NCBI GenBank assembly: GCA_964291415.2
Contig: OZ219918.1
Location: 544,001-608,000, forward strand
Reading direction: 5' to 3'
From: Alphaproteobacteria bacterium
GTDB lineage: Bacteria; Pseudomonadota; Alphaproteobacteria; SP197
Length of the DNA stretch: 64,000 nt
The first letter of the stretch is position 1. The number at the start of each line of letters is the position of its first letter. The notes under the pieces were generated by a model that did no database searches, was not told the origin of the DNA, and saw nothing but the letters and a program-made list of their open reading frames with translations. Made by a program: the position numbers and the translations under genes. Below, in pieces: positions 63,806-64,000 of the stretch.

Positions 63806-64000
63806 GATTGGCCTGCGCGAAGGCGGCGGGACCGGTCGGCGTCGATCTCCAGTCCCTGACCCATGAGGGTGACGCTGAGCGCCGTGATCATGATGGCGAT
63901 GCCCGGTGCAAACACGAGCAATGGCTGACGGGCGGCAAACTGCCGGGCGTCGGCCAACATGGCGCCCCAGTCGGAATCGGGAGGCTGAACGCCCAGGCCC
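63802..64000 (-). CDS. DppC/OppC ABC permease, C-terminal end (rest outside window)
   Basis: GLGVQPPDSDWGAML...PGIAIMITALSVTLMGQGL then TGA 63804-63802. Confidence 0.9.
   Translation of the reverse strand, partial: GLGVQPPDSDWGAMLADARQFAARQPLLVFAPGIAIMITALSVTLMGQGLEIDADRSRRLRAGQS

Overview
High-GC alphaproteobacterial (Rhodospirillales-like, inferred from gene order and protein sequences) chromosomal segment. The core backbone is mdh-sucCDAB-lpdA, xerC, tal/fsa, priA, atpHAGDC, the reverse-strand rplU-rpmA-obgE-proBA-nadD-rsfS-gpmI-envC-ctpA-rppH string, and mutT, grxC, a nitrilase-family hydrolase, DUF1178 and zapE. Accessory blocks are interleaved. (i) About 9 kb after atpC holds two spliced, decayed VapBC-type toxin-antitoxin modules, a polyamine-type ABC importer with a frameshifted permease, an M24 peptidase and an amidohydrolase/COG0523 pair. 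(ii) A hydroxyproline-dehydratase-like enolase is coupled to a TIM-barrel/FGE-domain protein. (iii) A single-chain N,N-dimethylformamidase-like enzyme (small subunit fused to large subunit) is followed by a GMC oxidoreductase, an IS1202/ISNCY-like transposase stump and an intact, apparently leaderless TA pair. (iv) A DUF1007/RcnA-type metal transporter pair lies behind a multi-palindrome operator, next to a GntR regulator and a Dpp/Opp ABC system. A stand-alone Cache-domain gene is embedded in the TCA operon. No rRNA, tRNA or CRISPR array was seen. All family assignments are from motif recognition by eye, not database searches.
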